Positions 18,246 to 27,867 of a stretch of DNA of 45,309 nucleotides are shown one piece after another. Under the pieces are notes generated by a model that was not told where the DNA came from, did no database searches, and saw only the letters and a program-made list of their open reading frames with translations. The DNA comes from Conexivisphaerales archaeon (GTDB lineage Archaea; Thermoproteota; Nitrososphaeria; Conexivisphaerales; DTJL01): contig JBEKZX010000009.1 of the NCBI GenBank assembly GCA_049509455.1, forward strand, positions 1 through 45,309, written 5' to 3'. The translations under genes and the position numbers were made by a program. Position 1 is the stretch's first letter; each line of letters begins with the position of its first letter.

Positions 18246-19115
18246 CTACTGTGGGTCCTCTCGGTCGAAGTCTTTAAGCGTGGCGGGGAGGAGGCGCGCC
18301 ACGTCAGTGGCCGTGATGTGGTTCCCCATGAGCCTCTTGGCCGCCTCTCCAGCCCTCCCGTTGACGAAAGAGGAGGCGGCGGCTGATGCCAAAGGCGGCA
18401 TCTTTAGAGCCATGAGCCCGGCGACCAGCCCCGCCAGGACGTCGCCGGTGCCGCCGACTGTCATGGCGGAGCAGCCTGTCCGATTCACATATGATGTGAT
18501 CCCGTCGCTGGCGATGTCTAGCACGCCCTTCGAAAGGATCACCACACCCATGTCGGACGCCGCCCTCCTCACCATCGCTATCCTCTCTTCAAGTGTCGTC
18601 GGGAGCTCCTCGCCTGTGAGTCTCTGGAACTCGCCCGAATGCGGCGTAAGAACGACCTCCCCGCCCCTGCACACGGACACGACATCCTTGCGGAGGGCGT
18701 CGGCATCCAGTGTAAGCTTGACCTTCTTGGAGATCAGTTCGCTACAAAGGAGCTTCACGCCGTCGGAGGGCTGCCAGCCCAGGCCGGGGCCGATGACGGC
18801 CGAGTCGACCTCTGGCATCCACTTCAATAGGCGGCGGACCGCGCCCGTAGTGAGCTTCTGGTCGGCCAGCGGGAACACGATGAAGTCAGCAGAGTAGGCT
18901 CTTACCGGATCGGCGATCACGCGAGGGACCGCCAAGTAGACGAGGTCCGCGCCGGCGCGCATGGCCCCTTCGGCGGCGTGGATGGGGGCGCCATGATAGA
19001 GCCAGCTACCGCCGACAACGAGAACCTTTCCGTTCTCCCCCTTCCTCGAGGTAGACCTTCGAGGCGGAAAAAGCGGGGCGATTAGCTCCGCCGACGTTTC
19101 AAGCGTTCCCGGCAA
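18246..19115 (-). CDS. nnrD: ADP-dependent NAD(P)H-hydrate dehydratase (YjeF C-terminal domain)
   Basis: KGENGKVLVVGGS, IGPGLG, DADAL, LTPHSGEF and GGTGDVLAG motifs. Confidence 0.95.
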   Translation of the reverse strand: MPGTLETSAELIAPLFPPRRSTSRKGENGKVLVVGGSWLYHGAPIHAAEGAMRAGADLVYLAVPRVIADPVRAYSADFIVFPLADQKLTTGAVRRLLKWMPEVDSAVIGPGLGWQPSDGVKLLCSELISKKVKLTLDADALRKDVVSVCRGGEVVLTPHSGEFQRLTGEELPTTLEERIAMVRRAASDMGVVILSKGVLDIASDGITSYVNRTGCSAMTVGGTGDVLAGLVAGLMALKMPPLASAAASSFVNGRAGEAAKRLMGNHITATDVARLLPATLKDFDREDPQ

Positions 19116-19172
19116 TGGCGCTGGCGCTCCTCATATGGGTATATCTTCTCGATGAATTAAAACTCTAGCTCC

Positions 19173-20594
19173 CTATCGTCCCTTGAGGACGTCCACCTGG
19201 CTGGTGACGTCGCCCAGCCTCGTCCAGAGGCTGGAGGCCGCCTCTTGCGATGTCCTCGAGGCTTCCTCGCGGTCCAGCCGGGTGAGCTTCCCGCCGTCCA
19301 GGAGCACTTCTCCGCTGACGAGGACAGTGTCGACGTCGCCGCCGCAGATCGAGTTCACGAGATGGCCATACACAGTGGAGGCGGTGAGTGGAGTGGGGAG
19401 ACGCGGCTTGAGTATGACCAAGTCGGCCTTCTTGCTTGGCTGCAACGAGCCCAAGTCGTCAAGATGATAGGCGCGCGCCGCGTCCACGGTTGCCATCTCG
19501 AAGACGTCAAGAGGGGAGAGGATCCTGGGGTCTTCTCTGTGCAGTTTGTGGACAAGGAAGGCTGCCCTCATGTTCTCGAACGCGTCGAAGATGTAGCCGT
19601 CGTTGCCCAGGGCTACGTTGATGCCCTCCTCCCGCATTCGGTCTACGGGCGCCGTCCCCACGGCGTTGAGCATGTTGCTCATGGGGTTGTGCGCCACGTT
19701 CGTCCCTGATCGCTTCAGTAGCTTCAGCTCATCTTCGTTGATGTGGACGGCGTGCGCCAACACCACGTCGGGTCCGAGGAAGCCCAGCCGGCTGAGCCTT
19801 TCCACCGTCCTCAGGCCGTAAAGTTCCAAGTTGTGGTAGAGGTCGCCCCTTCCCTCAGAGGCATGCATCGTCAGCGGCGCCTTGAGCTCGCGGGCCCGAT
19901 CAGCGCCCTCTTCGATGAGGGAGTCGCTGACCGTGAAAGAGGCATGGAGGCTCATCATTCCCTTGCACCTCCCTGCCTTGGGTTTCTTTATGAAGCGGAT
20001 GTTTTCTTCGACCCCCTTTTCTCCCTCCTCATGGCTCCTCCTTTCGGTGGCCTCGAAAGAGATAACTCCCCTGATCCCCACCTCGTCCACGCCTTTCTCT
20101 ATAGAGTCTAGGACGCCCGCCATGGCGTTCGGCCCCGAGAAGGTATCGGCGAAGGTGGTCGTACCGGTGCGGAGGAACTCGACGGACGACATCAGGGCGC
20201 TAGCGTAGGCGTCGCGCATCTCCATCGCCTGGTCCATGGGCCACCAGACACGCTGGAGGTTCTGGGTGAAATCCGTCGACGGAGGCAAGTTGATCGAGGC
20301 GCCCCTTAACAGGATGCCATAGAGGTGCGTATGGGCGCAGATCAGGCCAGGGATGACGATGCCGCCCTTCGCGGATACCATAACGTCGGGGTGATAGGCT
20401 CCCAGGATGGTGGAGGTCTCTCCGACGGCGACGATCCTCTCGCCTTCGATGGCCACAGCGCCGCCCTCGATGACGTTGCGCTGGTCGTCCATGGTGACTA
20501 CCAAGCCGTCCTTCACTACCGTAGTATGTCCAGCCAATTCGGTCACGTATGTCCCATGTGAAGCAGGGATGCTGGGTGTAATAACCTTAGCCAT
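19173..20594 (-). CDS. Amidohydrolase, MTA/SAH-deaminase/SsnA-like
   Basis: PGLICAHTHLY, MHASE, LAHAVH, HNPMSNM, LGNDG and GSLQPSKKADL motifs. Confidence 0.92.
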   Translation of the reverse strand: MAKVITPSIPASHGTYVTELAGHTTVVKDGLVVTMDDQRNVIEGGAVAIEGERIVAVGETSTILGAYHPDVMVSAKGGIVIPGLICAHTHLYGILLRGASINLPPSTDFTQNLQRVWWPMDQAMEMRDAYASALMSSVEFLRTGTTTFADTFSGPNAMAGVLDSIEKGVDEVGIRGVISFEATERRSHEEGEKGVEENIRFIKKPKAGRCKGMMSLHASFTVSDSLIEEGADRARELKAPLTMHASEGRGDLYHNLELYGLRTVERLSRLGFLGPDVVLAHAVHINEDELKLLKRSGTNVAHNPMSNMLNAVGTAPVDRMREEGINVALGNDGYIFDAFENMRAAFLVHKLHREDPRILSPLDVFEMATVDAARAYHLDDLGSLQPSKKADLVILKPRLPTPLTASTVYGHLVNSICGGDVDTVLVSGEVLLDGGKLTRLDREEASRTSQEAASSLWTRLGDVTSQVDVLKGR

Positions 20595-21660
20595 ATTCCG
20601 CCTTCAGGTACTTCCTGAGGGTGGAGACCTGGCCTAGCTTCTGCTTGATGATTTCCTGGCTCTGGGTCACCCCGGGGTCAATGTGCCGCAGAAGGGCCGA
20701 ATAGACGGAGACCAGATCCAAGTAGTAGAAGGAGTGCAGGAGGTCTTGGATCCCTTCCCTGTTGGAAGAGGCGATATCAACCGTCTGAAAGCCGAGGGAC
20801 CGCACCTGTTCCGCTATGAGCGAGAACCTGTGGCTCACGACGTCGTCGTCCCTCCAGCTATGGAGCAACAAAAGCCGAGAACCGAAGCCGTGCTCCCAAC
20901 AGGTGATCCCGTCGTGCATCACGTCCATGATGTCGGTGACGGTGCAGTCGATCTTCGCATTCTCGCTCAGCACGTTCTTGAACCGAGTGCCCACGGAGAG
21001 GTTAAAGGGTGAGTGGTAGGCCGTGAGATGAGACGCCGCCTGGATCCAGAAGGCTGTCTTCGCGGGGGCGCTCCTTTCGGGGTCGGGATCAGAATAGGCC
21101 GCCGAGACGCTGCGCAGGCCGTCGAAGGCAGCGCGAAGCTTCCCTTTGAGCAGGAGATCCGGTCGTCCGCCGTCGAGGACGCCTGCCAGGGTCGACAGGA
21201 AGACTGGGAGGGACGACCGGGCGGTAGCTCCTCCTTCGATCTTGACGAACTGCGCGCCATGTCTCTCAGCAATGGTCTTCAAGAGGCCGCCGGACGAGAC
21301 GGCTGCGCCGGTCGCACCCCTGCGCAGCATCTGGTCAAACACGTAGGCCGTCTCCTCTGTCCCCCCGGAGAGGCTCATACCCACGATGACGTCCCCCCTC
21401 CCTACATCGTCGGGGACGAGATGGCTCCGAAGCACGTTCAAATGGAACCCCGATGGCGCAAGAGCGTCCCTCAAGAGCTCGCCGGCTGCCGATGACGCGC
21501 CCATCCCCGCGACGAACACTCGCCCCGAATTGGGAGCAAAATGGATCGACGGGAGGTTTTCAAGCGTTTTCAGGCCTGTTTCGGGCCATTGTCTGTAGTC
21601 CCGCAGCAGGCCCTTCCTGTCATATGACACATCGATGACCGACGAATCATTGGCCAACAA
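20587..21660 (-). CDS. Bifunctional phosphoglucose/phosphomannose isomerase (SIS family)
   Basis: GMGAS, SLSGGTEET, RSSLP, ENAK, MH and late IKQKL motifs. Confidence 0.85.
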   Translation of the reverse strand: MLANDSSVIDVSYDRKGLLRDYRQWPETGLKTLENLPSIHFAPNSGRVFVAGMGASSAAGELLRDALAPSGFHLNVLRSHLVPDDVGRGDVIVGMSLSGGTEETAYVFDQMLRRGATGAAVSSGGLLKTIAERHGAQFVKIEGGATARSSLPVFLSTLAGVLDGGRPDLLLKGKLRAAFDGLRSVSAAYSDPDPERSAPAKTAFWIQAASHLTAYHSPFNLSVGTRFKNVLSENAKIDCTVTDIMDVMHDGITCWEHGFGSRLLLLHSWRDDDVVSHRFSLIAEQVRSLGFQTVDIASSNREGIQDLLHSFYYLDLVSVYSALLRHIDPGVTQSQEIIKQKLGQVSTLRKYLKAEYG

Positions 21661-21708
21661 CAGAGCACCTGGCTAAGCTTGCGTGTTTTGCTGGTCGCCG
21701 AGCCTCTA

Positions 21709-22335
21709 TTAAAGACTTCGAAGCTCGACCTTGACTTCGCCATCGATCTTCACGATGGCGAACCCGCCAGCGGAGGCCGACCCGGGGTTGCAGCAGGTGC
21801 AGGACCCGATGACCTCGACGGACTTGGCGGTGTGGACGTGGCCGCAGAGGAGGAGCTTGGGCTTCATGGTCTCGACATAGTGGAGAACTGCGCGGCTGCC
21901 CAGATGCCCCCCGTAACCCGAGGTGTCCAAAGACGTTCCGTAGGGAGGTGAATGTGAGACGAGGATGTCTACGCTTCCAAGCTTATCCAGCCGTTCCTCC
22001 ATCTGCCTTTCGGTGTACTCGTTGGGGGTGTTAAAGGGCGTGGGGGGCGAGCCGCCGAGCCCGCCGAACTTCAGCCCTTCGAAGAGCTCGACCTTACCGT
22101 CGATGTCGCGCACGTTGCCCTTCGTGGCCAGCTCAGGCCCCTCGTTGTTACCGGGCACGATGAAGGTGGGTATGGGGAGATCCCCTAGCTTCGACATGAA
22201 TCTGTCGAGGAACCCCTGCTCGGCTGAGGTGGTAACATCCCCTGACAGGACGATGAGGTCGGCGCCCCTCCCTAACATGTCCAGGCGGCCCAGTATTCTC
22301 TCCGACCTGTGGACGTCTGTGAGGTGAATGATTAT
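21709..22335 (-). CDS. Calcineurin-like metallophosphoesterase
   Basis: HLTDVH, SGD, PGNNE, VSHSPP and CGHVH motifs. The first motif lies upstream of the ORF-track ATG 22278, so the start is placed tentatively at ATA 22335. Confidence 0.88.
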   Translation of the reverse strand: MIIHLTDVHRSERILGRLDMLGRGADLIVLSGDVTTSAEQGFLDRFMSKLGDLPIPTFIVPGNNEGPELATKGNVRDIDGKVELFEGLKFGGLGGSPPTPFNTPNEYTERQMEERLDKLGSVDILVSHSPPYGTSLDTSGYGGHLGSRAVLHYVETMKPKLLLCGHVHTAKSVEVIGSCTCCNPGSASAGGFAIVKIDGEVKVELRSL

Positions 22336-22344
22336 CGAGCCGCC

Positions 22345-23523
22345 TCACCCGAAGCCCAGGCGAGCTCTTCCTTCTCGTGAATCCTCGTACGCCAGCCGCA
22401 CAAGCTGCTCCTCGCCCCTGGAGACCTTCATGTTCCTCCTCGCCTTCATCCTGCGGAATGTCTCCAGGCCGGACTCAAGGCGAAGCTCCTCGTCCTTCCA
22501 GCCCAAAGAGCGCCCGTAGATGGTGAAGGGGGGCACGTCACGGTCCACAAGGCCATGCACCTGCGATGCCATGCCGACGCACTTCCCTGCATAAATCGTC
22601 GAGTTTATCGAAACCTTGCTCAGGTCCGCCATAAAGGAGCCGAGCTTCATCAGCCCCGTGTCCACCTTGCCCTTCTGCGTCTCCGTCCTGATGGACCCAT
22701 AGGTGTTCTTCAGGTCGCTCGTGACGGCCCCGGCGCCGATGTTCACCCATTCGCCGACATACGAGTGCCCTAGGTACCCGGAATGGGTCTTGTTGGAGTG
22801 TCCCTGCAAGACACTCTCCTCGACCTCCCCCCCGACCCTGCAGCTGTCCCCGATGTAGCAGTTTCCGTTGATCCTGGCAGAATGGATGACGGAGCCTTTA
22901 CCTATCAAAGCGGGGCCCACTATCCTGGAGAAGGCTTCTATTTTGGCATCGTCGGCGATTAGGACGGGCCCGTGCGAAGTGTCAAAGTAGGCGGGCTCCT
23001 CCACGGCGACGTGGCTGCCGTAGACCACGCCTGTCCCCGTGAGTCCGCCCGATAGGCTGGTGATGAGATCCCAGGGGCCCTGGAGAAGGAGCCCGTCCTT
23101 CCCTAGCTCCTCACCGCCCGCAGCCTTGAGCTGCTGGGCCAGGCCGCCGTCGGCCAGCTTGCCGAGGTCGTCGGGGACCCTGGCGGTTCGGGCGGCAGCT
23201 ACCGCGCCGTCGGAGATGACGTACTGCCTGTCCTTGAGCGACTTAACGATGGAGACAACCCCCTCTTCGGGGCGGAGCCTGCTGTTAACCAGGAGAGCCT
23301 CGCCATCGAGCTTGGACGGGTTCACTGCCGTCTCCGATTCGGTCTCCTTGAGCAGCATCTCGAACCTCCTTGGGACATAAAGAGCTGTCAGACGGCCCAG
23401 CTCCCTTCGTATACGCGTGCCCAGGGGCCTATACGAGTAGATCAGCTTGAAAGTGGGCTTGGCCAGGGCCAGCGGTCGCAGGGGGTTCGTCCTGTCCTCC
23501 TCAAACAGCGCGACGTCCGCCAA
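22345..23523 (-). CDS. GlmU-family putative sugar nucleotidyltransferase/acyltransferase with hexapeptide repeats
   Basis: LFEED...LRPLAL N-terminus, HSGYLGHSYVGEWVNIGAG, SDLKNTYG; TTG 23523 with GGTGA SD. Confidence 0.85.
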   Translation of the reverse strand: MADVALFEEDRTNPLRPLALAKPTFKLIYSYRPLGTRIRRELGRLTALYVPRRFEMLLKETESETAVNPSKLDGEALLVNSRLRPEEGVVSIVKSLKDRQYVISDGAVAAARTARVPDDLGKLADGGLAQQLKAAGGEELGKDGLLLQGPWDLITSLSGGLTGTGVVYGSHVAVEEPAYFDTSHGPVLIADDAKIEAFSRIVGPALIGKGSVIHSARINGNCYIGDSCRVGGEVEESVLQGHSNKTHSGYLGHSYVGEWVNIGAGAVTSDLKNTYGSIRTETQKGKVDTGLMKLGSFMADLSKVSINSTIYAGKCVGMASQVHGLVDRDVPPFTIYGRSLGWKDEELRLESGLETFRRMKARRNMKVSRGEEQLVRLAYEDSREGRARLGFG

Positions 23524-23537
23524 CTCTGTCACCGCGC

Positions 23538-24242
23538 TCAGAGAATGCGGCCCAGCCTTTCGACGAACTTCTCGTTGGCGCTGAGGTAGGTCTGCTTGTC
23601 CCCGATGTCTATGAAGTCGCCTTCGGCCTTGAACGCGAACACGCGTTCCCCCTTCTTGACGGCGGCGTTGAAGGCATCGTTCATCCCGTACATCACATTC
23701 GATGGGATGTATTTCAGGAAGGAAGGCTCCATGATGTAGCAGCCGACGTTGATCCACCCTTCCACAACAGGCTTCTCGCGCCAGTTAGTCATCCTATCCT
23801 CTCCGTCGGTCTCGATGAAACCATACTTCATGGTTTCCCTGAAGGGCATGAGCATTAGGGTGGCCATCGCCTTCTTCTGCTCGTGGAACTCTATCATCTT
23901 TCCGATGTCGGCCTCCACCAAGGAGTCGCCGTAGAGAACCACGAAGCTCCCCTTGACCAGAGGCTCCACTGTCTTGAGCTGCCCGGCGGTCCCCATCGGC
24001 TTGGCCGTCCGGACGTACTGGATGTGAACGCCCATGTCGTCACCCTCCCCGAAATAATTCTCGATGGTCTTCCGCAGGTAGCTGACGGTGATGATGATGT
24101 CCTCAATACCCGTCTTGGAGAGTTGGGCAATGATGTGCTCCATAAGAGGCCTGTCGCCTAGAGGGAGCATGGGTTTCGGCGCGAAGAACGTGTACGGCCT
24201 GAGGCGGGTCCCCAATCCGCCTGCCAAGATTACAGCCTGCAT
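23538..24242 (-). CDS. NDP-sugar synthase/nucleotidyltransferase (mannose-1-phosphate guanylyltransferase-like)
   Basis: AVILAGGLGTRLRP, PKPMLP, GTAG, YGD, EKP and DIG motifs. Confidence 0.93.
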   Translation of the reverse strand: MQAVILAGGLGTRLRPYTFFAPKPMLPLGDRPLMEHIIAQLSKTGIEDIIITVSYLRKTIENYFGEGDDMGVHIQYVRTAKPMGTAGQLKTVEPLVKGSFVVLYGDSLVEADIGKMIEFHEQKKAMATLMLMPFRETMKYGFIETDGEDRMTNWREKPVVEGWINVGCYIMEPSFLKYIPSNVMYGMNDAFNAAVKKGERVFAFKAEGDFIDIGDKQTYLSANEKFVERLGRIL

Positions 24243-24256
24243 ATCGATCCTTCCAC

Positions 24257-25003
24257 CTAACCCCATGGGAAGTGCGCCCTAAATACCGTCTTCTTCTTCA
24301 CGGCGTCGACGGCCTCCCTGAACTGCTCCGTGTACACCTTGAAGAAGTCGGCAGAAGCCCCGGTGTACGCTGGGTCCAGGAGAAGCCCCCTGCATCCGGC
24401 GTCGAAAAGGCCCTGAACGTCGTCGCCGGTCACGTCCTGAGAAACGCGGAAGATCACCGGCTTGCCACCGGACAGCTTCGAGACCAGCGTCAGGGTAACG
24501 AGGTCAACGACGTTGAACCGGTTCGTCCCCTCCGTTTGCACCTGGGAGGAGGTCTCGAAGGAAAGGGCGATGATGTTATCGTATTCCGAGAGGGCGTGAT
24601 AGTACTCGAAGGGCATCCCCGGGGGCACGTAGGAAAGGAGCGGGAGCCGCCTATCCCTCAGAACGAAGGGAGGCAGCTTTGTGACGCCGATGGCGGCATA
24701 GTCGAAGCCAAGGGCGACGACCTGCTCCCAGTCCTCCCTGGTGATGGTCTTCAGGTTGCCTAGGTGTATCCCCACGGGGAGCTTTAGAGTCGAGAGGATG
24801 TCCTTGATCTGCGGCGTTTCCAAGTCGGGCCCGCCGGTGTACGCGCCGGTCACGGGATGCTCGTTAAAGAGCTGGAGAAGGAGGCTGTCCGCGCCGCTTT
24901 GTTCGACGACCCTTGCAAGCTCGGCGCTGTTTCCGGGGAGCTCGACAAAGAGGACCAGCCCACCCGAGCTCATGGCAGCCTGAAGCCTTGACAAGTCGGC
25001 CAA
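24257..25003 (-). CDS. Hypothetical protein, probable ribulose-phosphate-binding TIM barrel
   Basis: LFVELPGNSAELARVVEQSGAD...LPVGIH alternating beta/alpha pattern; PVIF...GCRGLLL. Confidence 0.6.
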   Translation of the reverse strand: MADLSRLQAAMSSGGLVLFVELPGNSAELARVVEQSGADSLLLQLFNEHPVTGAYTGGPDLETPQIKDILSTLKLPVGIHLGNLKTITREDWEQVVALGFDYAAIGVTKLPPFVLRDRRLPLLSYVPPGMPFEYYHALSEYDNIIALSFETSSQVQTEGTNRFNVVDLVTLTLVSKLSGGKPVIFRVSQDVTGDDVQGLFDAGCRGLLLDPAYTGASADFFKVYTEQFREAVDAVKKKTVFRAHFPWG

Positions 25004-25123
25004 ACTTCTCCGGGCTCTGATGCGCTATAATTCGTGCTCCTTGTATTAAACGTTCGAAGAGTCAAGACATTTGACATGATTGCCTAAATTAAATAGGAAC
25101 CTGGGTCGTGAGAGGGCCGCGAC

Positions 25124-25669
25124 CTAGGCGCGCCACCAGTCGAAAGAGATGAAGGAGACGCGCCGCCCGGTCACGGTGGCGACGAGGAACTGCTTCCGCA
25201 CCGTCGTGGCCAGCCTCCCCGAGAGCACGATATGTGTAGCCGTGAGGCCGTAGCCCGGCTTCAGGACCTGCACCAGGTAGGGCGCGTGGTCGATCCCGGG
25301 CCCGTGCTTATACACGGCGAAGTCGCAGCCGAACTTGATTCCGGGGGTCACGACCAGGCCTGCGTCCCTGAGATGCTCGTACACGACATACTTGTCAGAG
25401 AAGTCGTTGTATTGGGACACGCAGAGTTCCTTGAGCGCCCGGCGCGACATCCTGCCACCCGGACCTTTGACGAGGAGCCGGCCCCTCTTCTGCAGGTATA
25501 GACCCTCGATTAGGTCGAGTATCAGAGGAGCCTCGAAGTCCACGCCCTTGGGCTTGGCCACCCCTAGAGGCTTGCCGTAGTATCCAGCAGAGTATGTACC
25601 CCTCGACTCCTCCGTCCCCCAGAGGATGATCCTGTTTTCGACGAGCTCACCTATGGCGGGCCTAGACAT
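25124..25669 (-). CDS. endA: tRNA-intron lyase (splicing endonuclease), catalytic subunit
   Basis: PGIKFGCDFAVY..GPGIDHAPYLV, with the catalytic Tyr, His and Lys (VRK) present. Confidence 0.95.
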   Translation of the reverse strand: MSRPAIGELVENRIILWGTEESRGTYSAGYYGKPLGVAKPKGVDFEAPLILDLIEGLYLQKRGRLLVKGPGGRMSRRALKELCVSQYNDFSDKYVVYEHLRDAGLVVTPGIKFGCDFAVYKHGPGIDHAPYLVQVLKPGYGLTATHIVLSGRLATTVRKQFLVATVTGRRVSFISFDWWRA

Positions 25670-25717
25670 GGCTAACCCCTCTTGCCTCTAATCTAATCTG
25701 ACACACGACGCAAGCTC

Positions 25718-26371
25718 CTATATGCCGAGCGAAATGATGACGACGAGATCGGCACAGGAGAGGGCCAGGTCGGAGACGGTCTCTATCCGCTCTAGGACAT
25801 CCTTCAGGAGGATAAGGTCTTTGAAGTCGTTGATCTCCTTCATCGCCTTCATTGTGGAGCTCCTGTACTTCTCGTCCATCTCGTGCTCTCCCCTCTCCAC
25901 AAGCTGGATCAGGTCGTTCACCTTGAGGGGGTTAAACTGGAGCGTCCGGATGGTCTCGTTCATCCTGCTGAGGATGTTGATCACCAAGTCGAAGAGGACC
26001 CTGAGGTCGTCCACCAGGCCCGTCTTCTTGAGCGTCTGGTAGCGCAGCTGCGTGAGGCGGAAGGCGATGCTTTCGAGGTAGTTGGCCACTTCTTCTATGG
26101 TGTAAGCCGCCCTGAGGAGGTCCTCGCGGTTGATCATCATGCTCCCCAGCTCCGCCAGCTGGCGGCTGAGGGCCCGCCGGTAAGCCTCCACGTCGTTTAT
26201 GGAGAGGTGTAGACTGTCGGAAGCGGCGGAGACGCCTTCTTCGTCTCCTAGGACCAGGGCCCCATGGATGTTGGCCAACTCCCTCCCTGCATCCAGAACC
26301 CTGCGTCCCTCGTCTTGAAGCACCGCAAGTATCTTGCGGCGCGCCTGCATTTCAGCCTCTCCCGTATACAT
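25718..26371 (-). CDS. DUF47/PhoU-like phosphate-transport regulator family protein
   Basis: Helical bundle with NREDLLR, EHEMDEKYR and IETVSD motifs; TATA spacing favours ATG 26371. Confidence 0.85.
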   Translation of the reverse strand: MYTGEAEMQARRKILAVLQDEGRRVLDAGRELANIHGALVLGDEEGVSAASDSLHLSINDVEAYRRALSRQLAELGSMMINREDLLRAAYTIEEVANYLESIAFRLTQLRYQTLKKTGLVDDLRVLFDLVINILSRMNETIRTLQFNPLKVNDLIQLVERGEHEMDEKYRSSTMKAMKEINDFKDLILLKDVLERIETVSDLALSCADLVVIISLGI

Positions 26372-26594
26372 CGTACTTTCGACGATATCTTTGGGCAACA
26401 ACATGATATAAACGTTTTAGGGGAACTCCGCCAAGAACCTGCTAAATCTGCCAATGTTGCAGATATTGATGGCTCGATCAGCAGGCTGCAGCCAAGGGAT
26501 ACCGTCCGTATGCGTATGCGTGCCGGAGAGAGGGCCGCAGAACCGTTCCCCCCGCAAGGAGCTTATCCTCCTAGCGGTGGAAGGCTGCGTGAAC

Positions 26595-27839
26595 CTAGCC
26601 CAGGAGCATCCTGCACAGCAGGTCTAGGTAGACCTTCGATGTTCCTATCACTTCGGAGACCTCCACGTATTCGTCCAGGACGTGGCACATCGACTCCAGA
26701 CCCGGCCCGTAGGCCACGGCATTCGAGCCCAGGCCGACCCTGAAGTGATGGGCATCGGTCGTGGCGGGTGTACACATGGCCGGCGACGGCTCGTTGAAGA
26801 CCGACCGCGCCGCCTCCCGGATGTTTTTGACGAGCGGTGCCGAAGGGAGCGTGAAGGCGGGCTCGGCGTAGTTGATCAGCTCGAGTTTGGCACCATCGGG
26901 CAACGACCTCCGGACGATCCGCTCCGCCTCCTCCTTGCTCCCGCCCAGTGGCACTCTGACATCGAGCTCGATCGAGCAGTAGTCAGGGACGACGTTCACC
27001 TTGGTCCCACCCTCTACGCGACCGACGTTGACAGTGTAGTGGTCGGCGGCGAAATGTGGCCTCTTGGACGCCTCACGGGCGTACTCCGCCTTGAGCACCT
27101 TCCTGGTTTCACGAACAAGCGAGGCCGCGCCATGGGGGGTGGTGACCTTGTCGAGGATGGGTGACTTCAACCCTTCTAGAGCCGGCGCCGCCTTCAGGAT
27201 GGCGTTATCTCCCAGCATGGGGAGGCTGCCGTGTCTAGAAATGCCGTCGAAGGTGACGCGGACCCAGAAGACACCCTTCTCACCGGCGACGACGACGTGG
27301 CCCGCACCCTCGTGCTTGGTAGGCTCACCGAGGACCAGGTTCTTGGTCCTGAGGATTCGCTGGTTGATGAGGTACTGGACCCCCTTCTTCCCGCCGGACT
27401 CTTCGTCGGCGACCAGCGCGAGGACGAGCTTCCCACGAAAGTCCTTCTCGTGTCGGGCTGCCTTCGCAAAGGCGAATATGAGGGAGGCACAGCCGGCCTT
27501 CATGTCGGTGGACCCCCTGCCGTAGACCCTGCCGCCGACCATCTTTCCTTCCAGGGGCGGATAGCTCCACTTAGCCGGGCTCCCGGCGGGGACGGTGTCG
27601 ATGTGGCCGCAGAAGGTAAGTTCCTCCTCCCCCCGTCCCAGCGAAGCCACCAGGTTGATGCAGCCGTCTTCAAGGGCGTACTTCCTTACGGAGACACCCT
27701 GGGATGAAAGGTACTCCTCGGCCACCGCGGCGGGGGCCGAAGTGTCACCGGGCGGGTTCTCGCTCTTCGCCCTGACCAAATCCACCAACAGCTTGACCAC
27801 TTCGCCCCTCGAAGAATCCGCCGTCCTCTGGAGCTCCAT
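26595..27839 (-). CDS. M20 metallopeptidase, ArgE/DapE family
   Basis: SENPPG, CGHIDTVP, GRGSTDMK, ADEE, GEP, HGS and CHVLDEYV motifs. Confidence 0.94.
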   Translation of the reverse strand: MELQRTADSSRGEVVKLLVDLVRAKSENPPGDTSAPAAVAEEYLSSQGVSVRKYALEDGCINLVASLGRGEEELTFCGHIDTVPAGSPAKWSYPPLEGKMVGGRVYGRGSTDMKAGCASLIFAFAKAARHEKDFRGKLVLALVADEESGGKKGVQYLINQRILRTKNLVLGEPTKHEGAGHVVVAGEKGVFWVRVTFDGISRHGSLPMLGDNAILKAAPALEGLKSPILDKVTTPHGAASLVRETRKVLKAEYAREASKRPHFAADHYTVNVGRVEGGTKVNVVPDYCSIELDVRVPLGGSKEEAERIVRRSLPDGAKLELINYAEPAFTLPSAPLVKNIREAARSVFNEPSPAMCTPATTDAHHFRVGLGSNAVAYGPGLESMCHVLDEYVEVSEVIGTSKVYLDLLCRMLLG

Positions 27840-27867
27840 CCGACCGGAGCTCGAAGTACTAAAACGA

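Noticed and set aside
26405-26594. 190-bp spacer with a GGCTGCAGCC palindrome and a 57-aa frame containing LAVEGC
   Set aside because: No convincing RNA family or protein motif
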